DNA of 63,706 nt, the filler included, from Octopus bimaculoides (lineage: Eukaryota), in the NCBI RefSeq assembly GCF_001194135.2. It is 7 parts of 7 records of this genome, joined end to end, with 100 filler letters (N's around TTAATTAATTAA, not from the genome) between each part and the next. Parts side by side here need not be neighbours in the genome. Positions count along the whole stretch, not along the records: positions 1 to 20,660 come from NC_068982.1; 6 more parts are not named here. One strand, given 5' to 3'. The stretch's first letter is position 1; each line of letters starts with the position of its first letter. Under the pieces are notes generated by a model. The model was not told the origin of the DNA and ran no database searches. It worked only from the letters and a program-made list of their open reading frames with translations. This document shows, in pieces, positions 1-12,052 of this stretch. Position numbers and translations under genes: made by a program.

Positions 1-264
1 TATATATATGCACTAGCAGAGATATCCGGCGTTGCTCTCGATTAAAATGGGATAGCTTTTTATTGTTTTACTTCTTTCAGTCATGTCACTCTGGCCATGC
101 TAGTGTACCATCTTTAATCGAAGAAATCGACCCCAGGATTTATTCTTTGTAAACGTAGTTACAGGAAAGTAAACACCGCAACATATACAGAAATATTTAT
201 ATATTTACATAAGCATAAATATTTATATACATATATATATGAATATATACATACATATACATAT

Positions 265-478
265 ATTCTTTTATTTGTATCAGTCATTTGATTGAGGCTA
301 AGCTGGAGCACCACCATTAGTCGAACAAATCGGATGCAAGACTTATTCTTTGTTAGCTTAGTACTTATTCTATCAGTCTATTTTACTGAACGGCTAACTT
401 ACGGGGATATAAACACATCAACGCCGGGACGTCGGGTGTCAAGTGACCGTGGGAGGGCAAGCACAAACAAACACACAC

Positions 479-557
<79 letters not shown>

Positions 558-672
558 CGACGGGCTACTATCAGTTTCCGTCTACCAAAACCATTCACAA
601 GGCTTTGGTCGCCACAAGACTATAGTACAAGACACTTGCCAAGGTGCCACGATATGGAACCGAACCTGGAAC
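265..672 (-). mobile_element. tRNA-headed composite SINE, family A, with internal (CA)n/(TA)n microsatellite
   Basis: Reverse complement matches the copy at 28675-29060: head ...ggttccaggttcggttcc..., body accttggcaagtgtcttgtactatagtc, 3' half with ttagccgttcagtaaaatagactgatagaataagtac. A further degenerate 3' fragment lies at about 58-178 (-). Confidence 0.8.
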
Positions 673-849
673 CATATAAAAACAGAAGGATAGAGAAGCA
701 TAAAAGTTCGGTAAGTTGAACGATGAACATTTATGCTTCGTTTTTCTTCTCTTTCTATTTCCTTATTCTTTTACTCCCTTCCTGTATGTTGTCATCTTCT
801 TGATATATACCATTCTCATTATCCATATTTTTTTATTTCCCCTATTTGT

Positions 850-1480
850 TTCTGATGACGGAAGCGTAACGTCAGTTCTATATGTGGACAAGATTTTAAC
901 TTCTATGCTGTTGAGCGAGTCCCCGTGTTCCTGATAGGCGTGCTGGTACAGAACCGATTAGTTCTTCTCTTCCTTAGGTTCGCTCCAATGCCCATTTACC
1001 CGCTCTCCTATGCTCCGTGCTGTTTTCTCTAGGTACGTTGTTACTGCACCGTCCCTCTGTACATCTTATACTATAGACTACATTTCTGGCTTTACAGTTT
1101 GTTTGTGGGCTAAAGCTAAATATAGTACAGTTCCAATCAGTACAGAGGGTTCTACCAAAAGGTAGGTTCTACCGATAAGGGATTTGATAGGGTTGCCCGG
1201 CCTTTATACAACCTTAATTCTTAACTGTTGTTTTTCTAGGGCCCTTCTAAAGCGGTCGGCCAGTTCGCCTCTAGGGGTGGTAACGACGAACATGACACTA
1301 TGGTATTTGTGGCTATCATACCATGAGTTGGCCTTCCCTATTTTCTTGTTAGTCCTTTCAATGGTGCTCCTTGATTTGCTCCTATAGAATGGGCAAGTCC
1401 CATTCTAATCGGTACGTATGATAGTTTCAAATTTCCTCATGGCTCGTTTGTATACTCCGGAACTCAGCTATCGCGGTACA
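850..1480 (-). mobile_element. Decayed Penelope-like element, 3' coding part (linker, Cys-rich segment and GIY-YIG endonuclease)
   Basis: Manual minus-strand translation across stops and frameshifts gives ...GTCPFYRSK..NSWYDSHKYHSVMFVVTTPRGELADRFRRALEKQQLRIKVV*RPG.. / C..NC..NCKARNVVYSIRC.. / YLEKTARSIGERVNGH..SVLYQHAYQEHG..VKIL. This is a GIY-YIG pattern (VVY.I.C ... Y.G/EKT.RS..ER...H) typical of PLEs. Confidence 0.75.
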
Positions 1481-3324
1481 ACCGAAACTGTAAGACGCCT
1501 TTCGTACATTCACACACACACACACACACACGCACCGAAACACATACATGGAGCGGAGGATGTTAGTCTCTGATGTTCAGAGAAAGANNNNNNNNNNGAC
1601 GCCTTTCGTACATTCACACACACACACACACACACGCACCGAAACACATACATGGAGCGGAGGATGTTAGTCTCTGATGTTCAGAGAAAGATGGTTCTAC
1701 AAATTCTTGCCGAACAAACTTGTTCAAATGATTTGTTTATGTTGATAAAACGTATGTGCTCTATATTTGCGTACTTCCTCAGTCAGATCGACGTTGCCTG
1801 AACAGGCCCACATTGTGCAATATGTCAGATGTCAAAGTGACTGCAGAACAACGTAAGATGAAATGTTTCGCTAATATATAATGCACCTCTCAGTCCAGGA
1901 ACTGAAACCATGATCTCGTGATCGTGAGAGCAACACCCTAAACACTAGGCCATGTTTATATATATTTATGTGTGTTTTTCCGGTGTTTGTGTTTGTCGTC
2001 CACCAACGGTGTTGATCTGTTTATTTTCTAGTAAACTAGCTGTTCGGCAAAAGAGACCGATAAGATAAGAACCAGGCGTTAATAACAATCGCAGGAGCCA
2101 ATTCGTTCGACAAAAAATCCTTGAAAGCATTATACTAGCATTATACTAGCAGTCCAATGACTGACACAAGTAAATGATAAAACACGCAGTCTCTCCCCAC
2201 CTCTGTTTCTCTCTCTNNNNNNNNNNCTCTCTCTCTCTCTCTCTCTCTCTCTCCACACACACATATATGTATATATATATATATATATATATCTTTCAAT
2301 ATGAGAGGAGAATATATAAATACTTCCGAAGATTTGTGAGTATTTTGTAAGACCAATTTGTGAGTAACGGTCTGCACAAATCTCAACCATATGGTACATG
2401 GGATTGCGACGTCACATTACGGTTACACATATCATTTCATATCACCTGGTGTGTCCGATGTATATATATCTGTATGTTGTATGATTAAATAAATCTTGTC
2501 AAAATGGACATAGAATTCAGTTTTGAGAACAAGAGAGTTTAGAATCTTATAACAGGTTTGTCTTCTTACATTACTTAACACGATTCCTTTATTGTCTGAC
2601 ACATTAAGAATCTAATATATGTTTAGACTACACAATTATAAACTGAGTAAAAATTGACACCACCTGAAACGATATTTTTGTGGAGATGTTCAGTGGATAT
2701 ACGTAAATTTTCTTTGATAACGGGCGTACGTTATTTTTGATAGGAATATCCACCAAATCTCATACCAGATTCTCACACATAAACACACGCAAAAATTAGT
2801 ACGTACGCAGACACGCAGACACGCAGACACGCAGACACGCAGAAACGCAAATACCTAGTAATAAACAGACTAAGAATAAGCGATATCTATAGGGAAATTC
2901 AATTCACATTGGAAAACCCACGATCCGACACTTGTTGCTTCTAATTCCTGTTGAATGTTTGTTGACAGTCAATACTTACTTTGCATTCGGCCAAATAAAC
3001 TGAATCTTCTTCCCTTCACGCTCTTTTTTTTCTGTTGTTACGATGAAGAATACATGAATTTCATACAAACATGTGTAAATGTAGATTCCACATTATAGCA
3101 GATTTTCGTTGTTGACACAATTGTCAATTGTCAATGAATATATATTTTTCATTCCTCTCGATTAAGTCTGTTACATTTGCCTTCTTTGAAAATGTGATAA
3201 TAATATCAATGGTAGGCATAGTCTAATCTGTTCACATGGTGACCTTGATGTTAAAGTGACCCGGTGTTGCAATTAAACTTATCCTGGTAAGATAAGTATG
3301 CATATCGTATGATAGAATGTGTAT

Positions 3325-3520
3325 AGTATCTTTAGCACTCCGGGCAAAATGCTTAGCAGTATTTCGTCTCTCTTTATGTTCTGAGTTCAAAATTCGCCGA
3401 GGTCGACTTTGCCTTTCAAACTTTCGGGGTCGATAAATTAAGTACTTGTTGCGTAATAGGATCGATCTAATCGACTGGCCTCCTGCCTCAAAATTTCGGC
3501 CTTCTTCCTAAGTAGAAAAG
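3325..3520 (+). mobile_element. SINE family B
   Basis: gcaaaatgcttagcagtatttcgtc...gttctgagttcaaaattcgccgaggtcgactttgcctttc...ggggtcgataaattaagtac; same sequence as the copies at 47432-47662 and 60275-60455. Confidence 0.8.
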
Positions 3521-6500
3521 AATATTATAGTTTCTCATCTATGTATTAGAGAGATTACCCAGTCTGCTTAGCAAAGTAGAAACCGATCCATTTCGTGTCC
3601 ATTAATATCTCGGTGCACTCATTTGATTCAAGGTTGCAGGCCTATCATCATGTGAACGTAAAATATATAGAGGGACAGTCTTAACGTATTATATTCTCGT
3701 TATTGAATACATTTGTTAATCACCATAACAAAAATATAATCTTGTGCACCTCGAGAAATCGCATCAATTCTTAATAAATTTCTTCAGAATGATCATAAAG
3801 TGAAGAATGAGTTGATTTTCTCACAGGCGAAAGTACAAACAATGTAGAATATATGTTAAAACATTACCGAAATGTGTCTACGTGTTCTTTCAGTTTATCG
3901 AATTTATCTACAACATTCATCTAAAATATACAACAATGTTGCGATGAAAATTGCTTAGTACTTCTGTCTTTATGCAAATATTAGTCTAAAAAAACAATAC
4001 AATGAAAACTGAAAATATTTCATAGAAAATCAAATTGTACAAATGATCGGAGTAGTAGTGATAGTAACACTGGGAAGAACAGCAGCAGCTATGATGTCGC
4101 TAGTTTTGGTGAATACAATAGTAGATGTAGGACCAGTACTCGTGCACTGTGTTAGTGGGATATTACGTGTTATAGTTTCATACTGTGAAATAGTTTGTGC
4201 TCGTCAGGTGTGATAGCGTTAATGCGTGTGTGTGCGTGTGCGTGCACGTGTGTGTTAGTTTGTGTGCAGTATTATATATTTCCTGAAGGTCTGGTCTACC
4301 TGCTGTGTTTTGATGTTATTTAGTCTCTCTTATAGACTTATGCTTCAAGTAAATTCTATCGAGTGGATTATATATATCTCTCTCTATATATATATATGTG
4401 TGTGTCTATGTGTACGTGTGTGTGTGTGTGTCTGTGTGTGTATGTGTGTGTGTGTCTTTTTCCTGCCTTCGCAAAAATATGAGCTATAATTTTTATTCCC
4501 CACCTGCTTTCACCATACTTGTTTTCAATCAGCTTTCTGTGGCTATTTCTAGCAATGCTGGTACTTTCTATAACCATAATGCGTTTAAACATGCCTTACA
4601 GTTCANNNNNNNNNNNNNNNNNNNNNNNNNNNNNNNNNNNNNNNNNNNNNNNNNNNNNNNNNNNNNNNNNNNNNNNNNNNNNNNNNNNNNNNNNNNNNNN
4701 NNNNNTATATGGGGGAATGATTTTATACAGCGTTTTAGAATCCATAAATTACAGATGCGTGTAAGAGTAAGTGTTTCCTAAATCCGGATTTAACAAACTT
4801 GAATAGCTTGTAGCAATAATTTTAACTTCAAAAAGAACGTATGTTTGATTAAAAGGCTACATATAATTTTAATTTTAAAATCTCAAAACATAAAAGCCTA
4901 CACCATATGTAATAAGAAATCCCAGTCCTCTGATTTTACTGGAAATCTGACGTGTGTTAATAACTAATTTGAGTTTAATTAGAAGATTCACTACATTTTT
5001 TTGAACTCCAACTACACTGAAAAGTTCATTAACATGACAGTTTTTTGACGCAAAGAATTTGTAAATTAAAATAATACAACGATAGCAACACCAAAAGAAA
5101 CAAGAATACACACAAAATGCTGATGGTAGTCAATTCGGCAAAATTAATTATTATTTGATGATGTTAATGTAAATACTGGTAAAGTGTAGGCTAAAGTGAT
5201 TTGCAATATCTAATTACACCTCTATACGTCGTGATTTCAAATTCTACAAAGGTGAACATTATATTTTCGTCCTTCTGGAGTCAATATATATAACGTATTC
5301 GCCTATGATCTATCTTCCTTCTCCAAAATACGGAATTTTTTGTATGCTTTGGAAATAATGTTAATGAAAAAAAAAGTTGTAATTAATGTAGATATTTAAT
5401 TATGAATAAATACAATTAGTTGTATATTATGCAAAGAGGTATAAAACAGGAAATAGAAGGATCAGAGCGAACATAATAGTACTGGTGGTGATGGTGTTAG
5501 TGATGGTAATGATGACAATGATGATGATGATTATGGTGGTAGTGGTGGTGGTGGTGGTGGTGCAAGTGGCGGCGGCGGCGGCGACGGTTATAATCAACAA
5601 CCTTTATCATATAACTGCATGAAGATACAGCAAAAGTGAGTAATTCACTGCCTTGAGCAGCGAAATTAATATAGCCTTTAGATATGATTTGTTAGCTTGA
5701 GGTTTCTCTTAAGAAATCGTACATGGTATGAGCTTATAAACCACTCACTGGAAATACATGTTTCTTTGTAGAGATCAGAATCTAAGACAACAATACAGAA
5801 TGGAGTGGGGAGGCGGTATATGCCCGGACCCCACCAGCCCCATCTCACCACTGATGCTTTGGGTTCATCCTGCGTTGTATTCACGCGGTTCCATCCATAT
5901 ACAATATCCGTGCGACATTGGTATGGATTATTTGTGACATAATTTTGTTAATCATATTTATCACACTAAATTACAAAACACTCTTTCGCCTCGAAAAAGC
6001 CCTGTTGCTCTTTCCTTCTTAATATTATTTCTTTCTTTCTTTCTGTCTTTCTTTCTTTCTGTCTTTCTTTCTTTCTTTCTTTCTTTCTGTATATATACGC
6101 TTTTACTTACCTAGGTCTAAGTGTCTTAAGAATACTGACAGTTGAAGAGAGAAGATTTACACTGAGTTTAGAGGGAGAAATAGAGAAAGAGAGAGAAGAA
6201 TTGAGAGAGATAAGGAAGGTAAAAAAGAGAGGAATATTTAGTGGTATGATGGCGGGAAAACACAAAACACTATACGGCCATATAATTTACGTACACACAA
6301 ATATGTATTATACTGGGAGCTTAAATAGTTTGCTGAATAATTAATGAATTTATAGGTGGAGGTTAATGGAAGGTCACGCTGGTGGATTAGGTGGACGTTA
6401 ATGGAAGTCACGCTGGTGAAAGATTTATTTTCAGATTGAAGTAGAGTTTGTTTTTATCTCTTTTCTTTTATTCATGTTTTTTTTCTTTTATTTTGCGTAT

Positions 6501-7004
6501 GAGCAATAGTGCAAATAGTGGTTATCTAGATGTTAAAGATATGTACGTAACTGGAAGTTTATATACTTGACTTCATAAACTATACTGAGTCATAGACGAA
6601 TTGAGCTAACATTAGAGAGAACAAGAAAGTACAGGGGACGATGAAGAGAAGAGTAAAGAAGCGAAGTGCAAGAACAAGAGAAAGTACGTCCGCAGAGAAA
6701 AAGAGTAGGAAATATCAATTTACATATGACACAATTGATACTTACTTTGTGACTAACACTTCAGCGTTTGAAGGTATTGAATTTGTTGCAATTTATAAAA
6801 TTCATACATTCTAAGTCATTCAACATTAACTGGAGGCTTTCTGTTTATTTATTTATTTATTTTTTTGTTTCATAATGCCTAATGAAATAATTTTCTTAAT
6901 TATCCAACAGCGTTTCTTCTCTCTTGCTATAACAGCGTCTCTACTTAGTTGGTCTTTGTGCCTTTTGTATTCGAATGTTCATTCTGCTTTCTTGTCATAC
7001 TCTT

Positions 7005-7385
7005 TTACTTGTTTCACTCATTTGACTGCCGCCATGCTGGTGCACCGCCTTTAATCGAGCAAATCGACCCCAGGACTTATTCCTTGTAAGCCTAGTACTT
7101 ATAATATCGGTCTCTTTTGCTGAACCGCTAAGTTACGGGGACGTAAACACACAACCATCGGTTTCCAAGTGACGTTGGGGGGACAAACACAGGCACAAAA
7201 ACATATAAACACACATANNNNNNNNNNATATATATTACATATATACTACAGTCTTCTTTCAGTTTCCGTCTACCAAATCCACTCACAAGGCTTTAATCGT
7301 CCTGAGGCTATAGTAGAAGACACTTACCCAATCTGCCACGCAGTGGGACTGAACACGGAACCATGAGGTTGGTAAGCAAGCTACT
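7005..7385 (-). mobile_element. SINE family A
   Basis: Reverse complement of the family A head and 3' half (gccatgctggtgcaccgcctttaatcgagcaaatcgaccccaggacttattc...). Confidence 0.85.
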
Positions 7386-7954
7386 TTATTTCATTTCATT
7401 ATATTGGCTATGAAAGCCGTACACAGATGGAGTAGGTGCGAGCAGGACAAAGACATTAATGAGAAGAGATGAATGATGAACAGGATGATATTAATGAGAG
7501 AAGGCAGAAGACTCCCGGCGATCTCTGCTTCTCTAAAACATTGCAATTTTGTGAACTTACAATTTGAGGCAATAAACCTCTTACCACTATATCTTTTGGA
7601 CTCAAGGTCCTTACAACGAGGCACTAAGCCTCTTATTACAAATATATGAGGCAGCAACCCTCTTACATGATGTTCATTGATACTTTGTTAAACAGGATAC
7701 GGTTTCAAACCCCTTATCAATTCATAACACCGAGGCTTTTCAAACTCTTATCCATATTCCTCCTCAGCATCGCTTATGAGCACATAGTCATGCCTCATTC
7801 AAGCACAAAGCGGGTGACGTGTCGGCGTCGCCCGACCACAAGCGATATTCCTCATTGAGCCCATCCAGTCTACGCAACACGGGCAACGTTATGACCTCCA
7901 TAACTATCTGCGGAGGCCATTCGGGATCCCATGAGCAGGACAAACTTGCTCCCT

Positions 7955-8070
7955 TATGGTGCTTATGGCAAAGTCGACCTCGGCAGAATTTGAACACTGA
8001 ATATAAAGACAGACGAAATACCGCTAAGCATTTCGCCCGGCATGCTAACATTTCTGCCACCTTGCCGCCT
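7955..8070 (-). mobile_element. SINE family B, 5' part
   Basis: gcaaagtcgacctcggcagaatttgaacac...gacgaaataccgctaagcatttcgcccggcatgctaacatttctgccaccttgccgcct is the reverse complement of the family B head. Confidence 0.75.
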
Positions 8071-8149
8071 TGCACTGTTTGGCTCCATGCCAAGATGGCA
8101 CGATAAAGGCGCAAGCAAATCTAACGTTAGGAAAACAAAGCACATTTAA

Positions 8150-8243
8150 CGTCAGAAATGAACAACAATAACAATAGTAATAAAATTATAATCCTCATTA
8201 CCATCATGATCATGATCATCATCGTTAACAACAACACTACCAA

Positions 8244-8313
<70 letters not shown>

Positions 8314-8420
8314 GTTGTTGTTGTTGTTGTTGTTGATGATGCTGATAACGACGATGACAACGGGGTCGATGATTATAATGATTATAATGAGGATAATAAT
8401 AATGATAATGATTATGATGA
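8150..8420. repeat. Compound trinucleotide microsatellite (AAC/ATC/ATT/GTT/GAT)
   Basis: Directly visible; it produces the poly-I and poly-N ORFs in the track. Confidence 0.95.
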
Positions 8421-8439
8421 TGTTAATCAGGTAGTAGTT

Positions 8440-8875
8440 CGCATGGATTCTCTGATGCAGTACCAAGCAGTGGATCTCATGGCTTTTGATCTTAATTGAC
8501 GGGAAGTCATATCATGTACATGATATGTCTTAGCAGAAAAAGATGGGCTACAGCAAATATTCTACGCAATACCACAGATTTGCTTTTGGCTTGCTTCACC
8601 TTAACCATTTGCGCATGGCCCTTGGTGGCTGACGATATGTGCATCTCTGATCACGAGCAGGAGTAGGGAGTGGGAGCCTCATATAGTGTGATGAGAGGAA
8701 TTTTTTCGAGTTTGAATATTTCACCTCAGGAAACAAGCATGTATCGTTCATCGTCCTTAAACAAACTCTTATTCAAGGTTCTTTTGAGAAAGTTGGGCTA
8801 CTCGAGTGAATAAAATTCTAACTAGGCCCCACCTGCAAGGTCATGTGCTGTTTATCTTGACAGTTTAGTCCAATA
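8440..8875 (+). mobile_element. Roughly 500-bp interspersed repeat of unknown class (family D); further copies at 59746-60268 and 60804-61142 in the opposite orientation
   Basis: ctgatgcagtaccaagcagtggatctcatggc...gtgcatctctgatcacgagcagg...ccccacctgcaaggtcatgtgctgtttatcttga aligns to the reverse complement of the two later copies. Confidence 0.8.
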
Positions 8876-8879
8876 ATGT

Positions 8880-10170
8880 GCAGAGTTTTTCAAATCATAT
8901 CACGGTGTAGTTTGGACTTTCAAAATATGCTGTAACGATGATGAGATGAAGGAAGTTTGTCAGAAAAGAAGGTATAAGTATGGCAAGTAGTGGAATTATG
9001 AAGGTAGTTGAACCTGAATCTGGATATAGATAACTAGGAATATTTGAGGTAGATGGAGTTAAGAATGATCATGAAAGAAAACATATAGAAAGAGAATCTG
9101 CGTCGATTGAGAAATATATTGCGTTCAAAGTTGAATACCAGAAACATAAATTTACCAATAAGCTCCACGCAGTTGCAGTGGTTCCGTATGGAGACAGAAT
9201 CCTGAAGTGGAGAGAGGATGAGCGTGCTAAAATGGTTGGACTGGAAGACAAGAAATCATCTAGCTATACGTGGAGCTCATTATCCACGTCTATACATGAA
9301 GAGAGTAAATGAAGAAAGAAGACTGATAAGTGCAGAACACTGCGTGCATATGGAAATGAGAACTTGCTCAGATATCTAAGTCGAAGTGAAGAAATCTTGC
9401 TAGTGGCAGTTAGTGATGATGGTTAATAGAAATCAGACAAAAAGGAAAAAAAAACAAAACAAGATGTGCAAAAAGGACATGAGGAAACACTGCACAAATT
9501 TCTACACAAACAATTCCATGCGGCTACAAATGAAGTTGCTGGAAAACATAGATGGGACCGGGTAGAGAAAGGAACACTGATAATAAAGATAGAAAGCACC
9601 AAACTGGCAGCGCACGACTAAGGTCTGGTAAAAAATTTGAGAGTCAAACTTAGGAATAAGCAAGTGTTTCCACTGTGCCGAATCTGTAATAGAGTTGACA
9701 AAGCCATGTCATATCGCTAGATTATTCCAAAACCACTATAAGTTGCTACATTGGAAGCTTTGTGGAAAGTGAAAATAAAGGCAAAACGTGGAATGAAACA
9801 AAAGGCAGAGTTTCATGAAACTGCAAAATCCCCTGCGATTTCCCAATCCGAAACGATCAAGTGCTAGGGCACAACAAACTGGTTCTAGTGGTGGTATCCA
9901 AGGTGAACCCACTTGCGCTATACAATTCACGTTGCGTGCCTCTTTGACCCACGAATAATCAGGAAGGAAGGCACATATCTTGACTATAGAAAATAAAGAA
10001 GATGAAGATAGTGACAATTAATGTTAGAGCCTTGGGGACAGTATCAAATGTAATCAAGAGAAATAGTAAGGAAATTTATATAGATACCTTACAGGAAAAT
10101 TTCAATTAAATGTCTTAATCGGAAATAGAATTATTCTTTAGAATTTCAAGGAAGTATTCTCAGAATCAAA
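8880..10170 (+). mobile_element. Decayed R4/Dong-type non-LTR retrotransposon, 3' part (RT end, zinc knuckle, RLE endonuclease)
   Basis: Degenerate motifs: FS..I...FGL.K.AV, SGY..LGI.E.DG, KLNTRN....HAVAVV.YG..ILKW, RLYMKR....R.LISAEHC, PLCRIC, LHWKLCGK, VACLFD, V.I.V.ALGTV. Confidence 0.75.
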
Positions 10171-12021
10171 GGCATACTTTTTTCGTCAAATATTTTATCG
10201 CAAGTTGTTTTTTTTATATTTTTACTTCACATTCGTTCACAAAAACTAACCTATTTCACCTCACCATTAAGGAAAATACCGATGTGTTGGGAAATTTCAA
10301 TATAAAAGAAAATATATTATGTAATGCAACAAATCTGGTGAAAATTCAGTACCATAATTAACTCATAAACGCATATCGTACAATTATCAAAGGTACGAGG
10401 AATATATTTTTAGATATCAACGAAAAAACCTCACCGATGATGGAAGTATATAAAGTGTCTACTAAGCCGAAAAGATATAAAGCAGTTCACCTTCCGATAA
10501 AACACATAGTTATCGTAATTCAGTAGAATGTAAATGCAGTGCAACGCACTATGCTTCTCAACAGAATTACTCTGCCATAGTCAAATCACCTAATTATATG
10601 TTAGAGTTCATATCGGGGAAATGAATGAAATATATTTGAGCTTAAAATTATGCTAAATCCTCAATATTTGAAATCCGTACGGAAAGCACAAGAAAATGTA
10701 TCGAAAAGACGATAGTATACGTGGACCTTAAAATCATTACTGTTCAGAAACAATATTCGACAAAAAAAAACCAAAAAAAAAACCGGAAAATAGACATGCA
10801 AATAGAGGAGATTTTTCCGTTCGTGGTCAAGAAATCTTTCATCGCAAAACTGCGGGGTTTCGTAGAACGCTTACAATTGAAGAATAAGATTTTTAATTCG
10901 TGCAGAAATGTAAACGTGGCAAATACATAGATTCGAGAAAAAGTATACATTCGAGAAATTTGAAAATGCAGAGATTTCACAAAGCAATTCAAATGAAAAT
11001 ACTGTATGAAAATAGCTAAAAACACTAATGAAATTTAAACACTAAAGAAACAAACTCAGGAATGTTTCCATTTATCCTTCCCTTAAATAAAAGACAGAAT
11101 CACTTGGAGGTAAAAGCCCGATAGGACAAACGCATTAACATACAAAATAACAAACGTCCATTATGTGACAATTGCAGACGTGAGAATTAAAGGAAATTGG
11201 GTATCATCTAGAGTAGACAAAATCCATATTTTCTACAAATGCTACAAAAGTATCCGAACAGTGCATCCATATATAGCCAAAATAATATCATGTCGGCAGC
11301 AATAGGAATCAGACGAACACACAAGCCTAAATACTAAAGTTAAGTTACGGCATTTCTACAGTCAACGGGTGCATAAAATCATCACTAAAAAGAAAGATAT
11401 ACTGAACTGGTTTGTATGATTGTAAAGACGATCTACGTAGATATAAGACAATAATAAAGTGGTCACCAATAATAAAACGAGAACAAACTATCTTGATAGT
11501 CCATGACTAACATAACCTTCATATATCCTTGAGTCAATGGTGATAGTCTAATTAACACCAGTGTTTATGTTATACGAAAAAGTAATATTCAAAACGAATC
11601 AGAAGTATGTTACTAAATCACTAAAGATGTCTTACAATATGATAAATTTATTATTATATATCAGACAGAGCTATTTAGCCTCGGGCATTCAGTTAAATTT
11701 TTTTTGTCTAATTAACTATAATAAGCCAGTCATATTTACGATGTATTAGAGAAAGAAAAAACAAAGAAGGTAATGTATTTGATTTAAAGATGTCTATTTT
11801 ACGTTGAAAGTTCAAATTTTTTAAAAAAAAAGCTTCGTAAAATACAATTTTGCAATGTTTGTTAAAAAATATATACATAATTTAAGATGACAGCTGAATT
11901 ACTTTTTTTACATGCTCAATAATTGGGAAATGATTAAGTTTCAGACTGTTTGTGAGTGTATGTGTCTTACTCTGTGTGTTATGTGCCCAAGTGTACATAG
12001 ATGCACACATACATACATACA

Positions 12022-12052
<31 letters not shown>

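Noticed and set aside
1498-1690. Identical roughly 90-bp direct repeat on both sides of a 10-N gap
   Set aside because: Typical unmerged contig overlap at a (CA)n repeat.
7400-7900. Possible L1/Tx1 3' remnant on the minus strand (PRCKDLES)
   Set aside because: Too degraded to assign; only one short motif.
10500-10625. CKCSATHYASQQNYSAIVKSPNY, resembling a CUB-domain start
   Set aside because: No splice sites in phase, and the frame closes without further CUB motifs.
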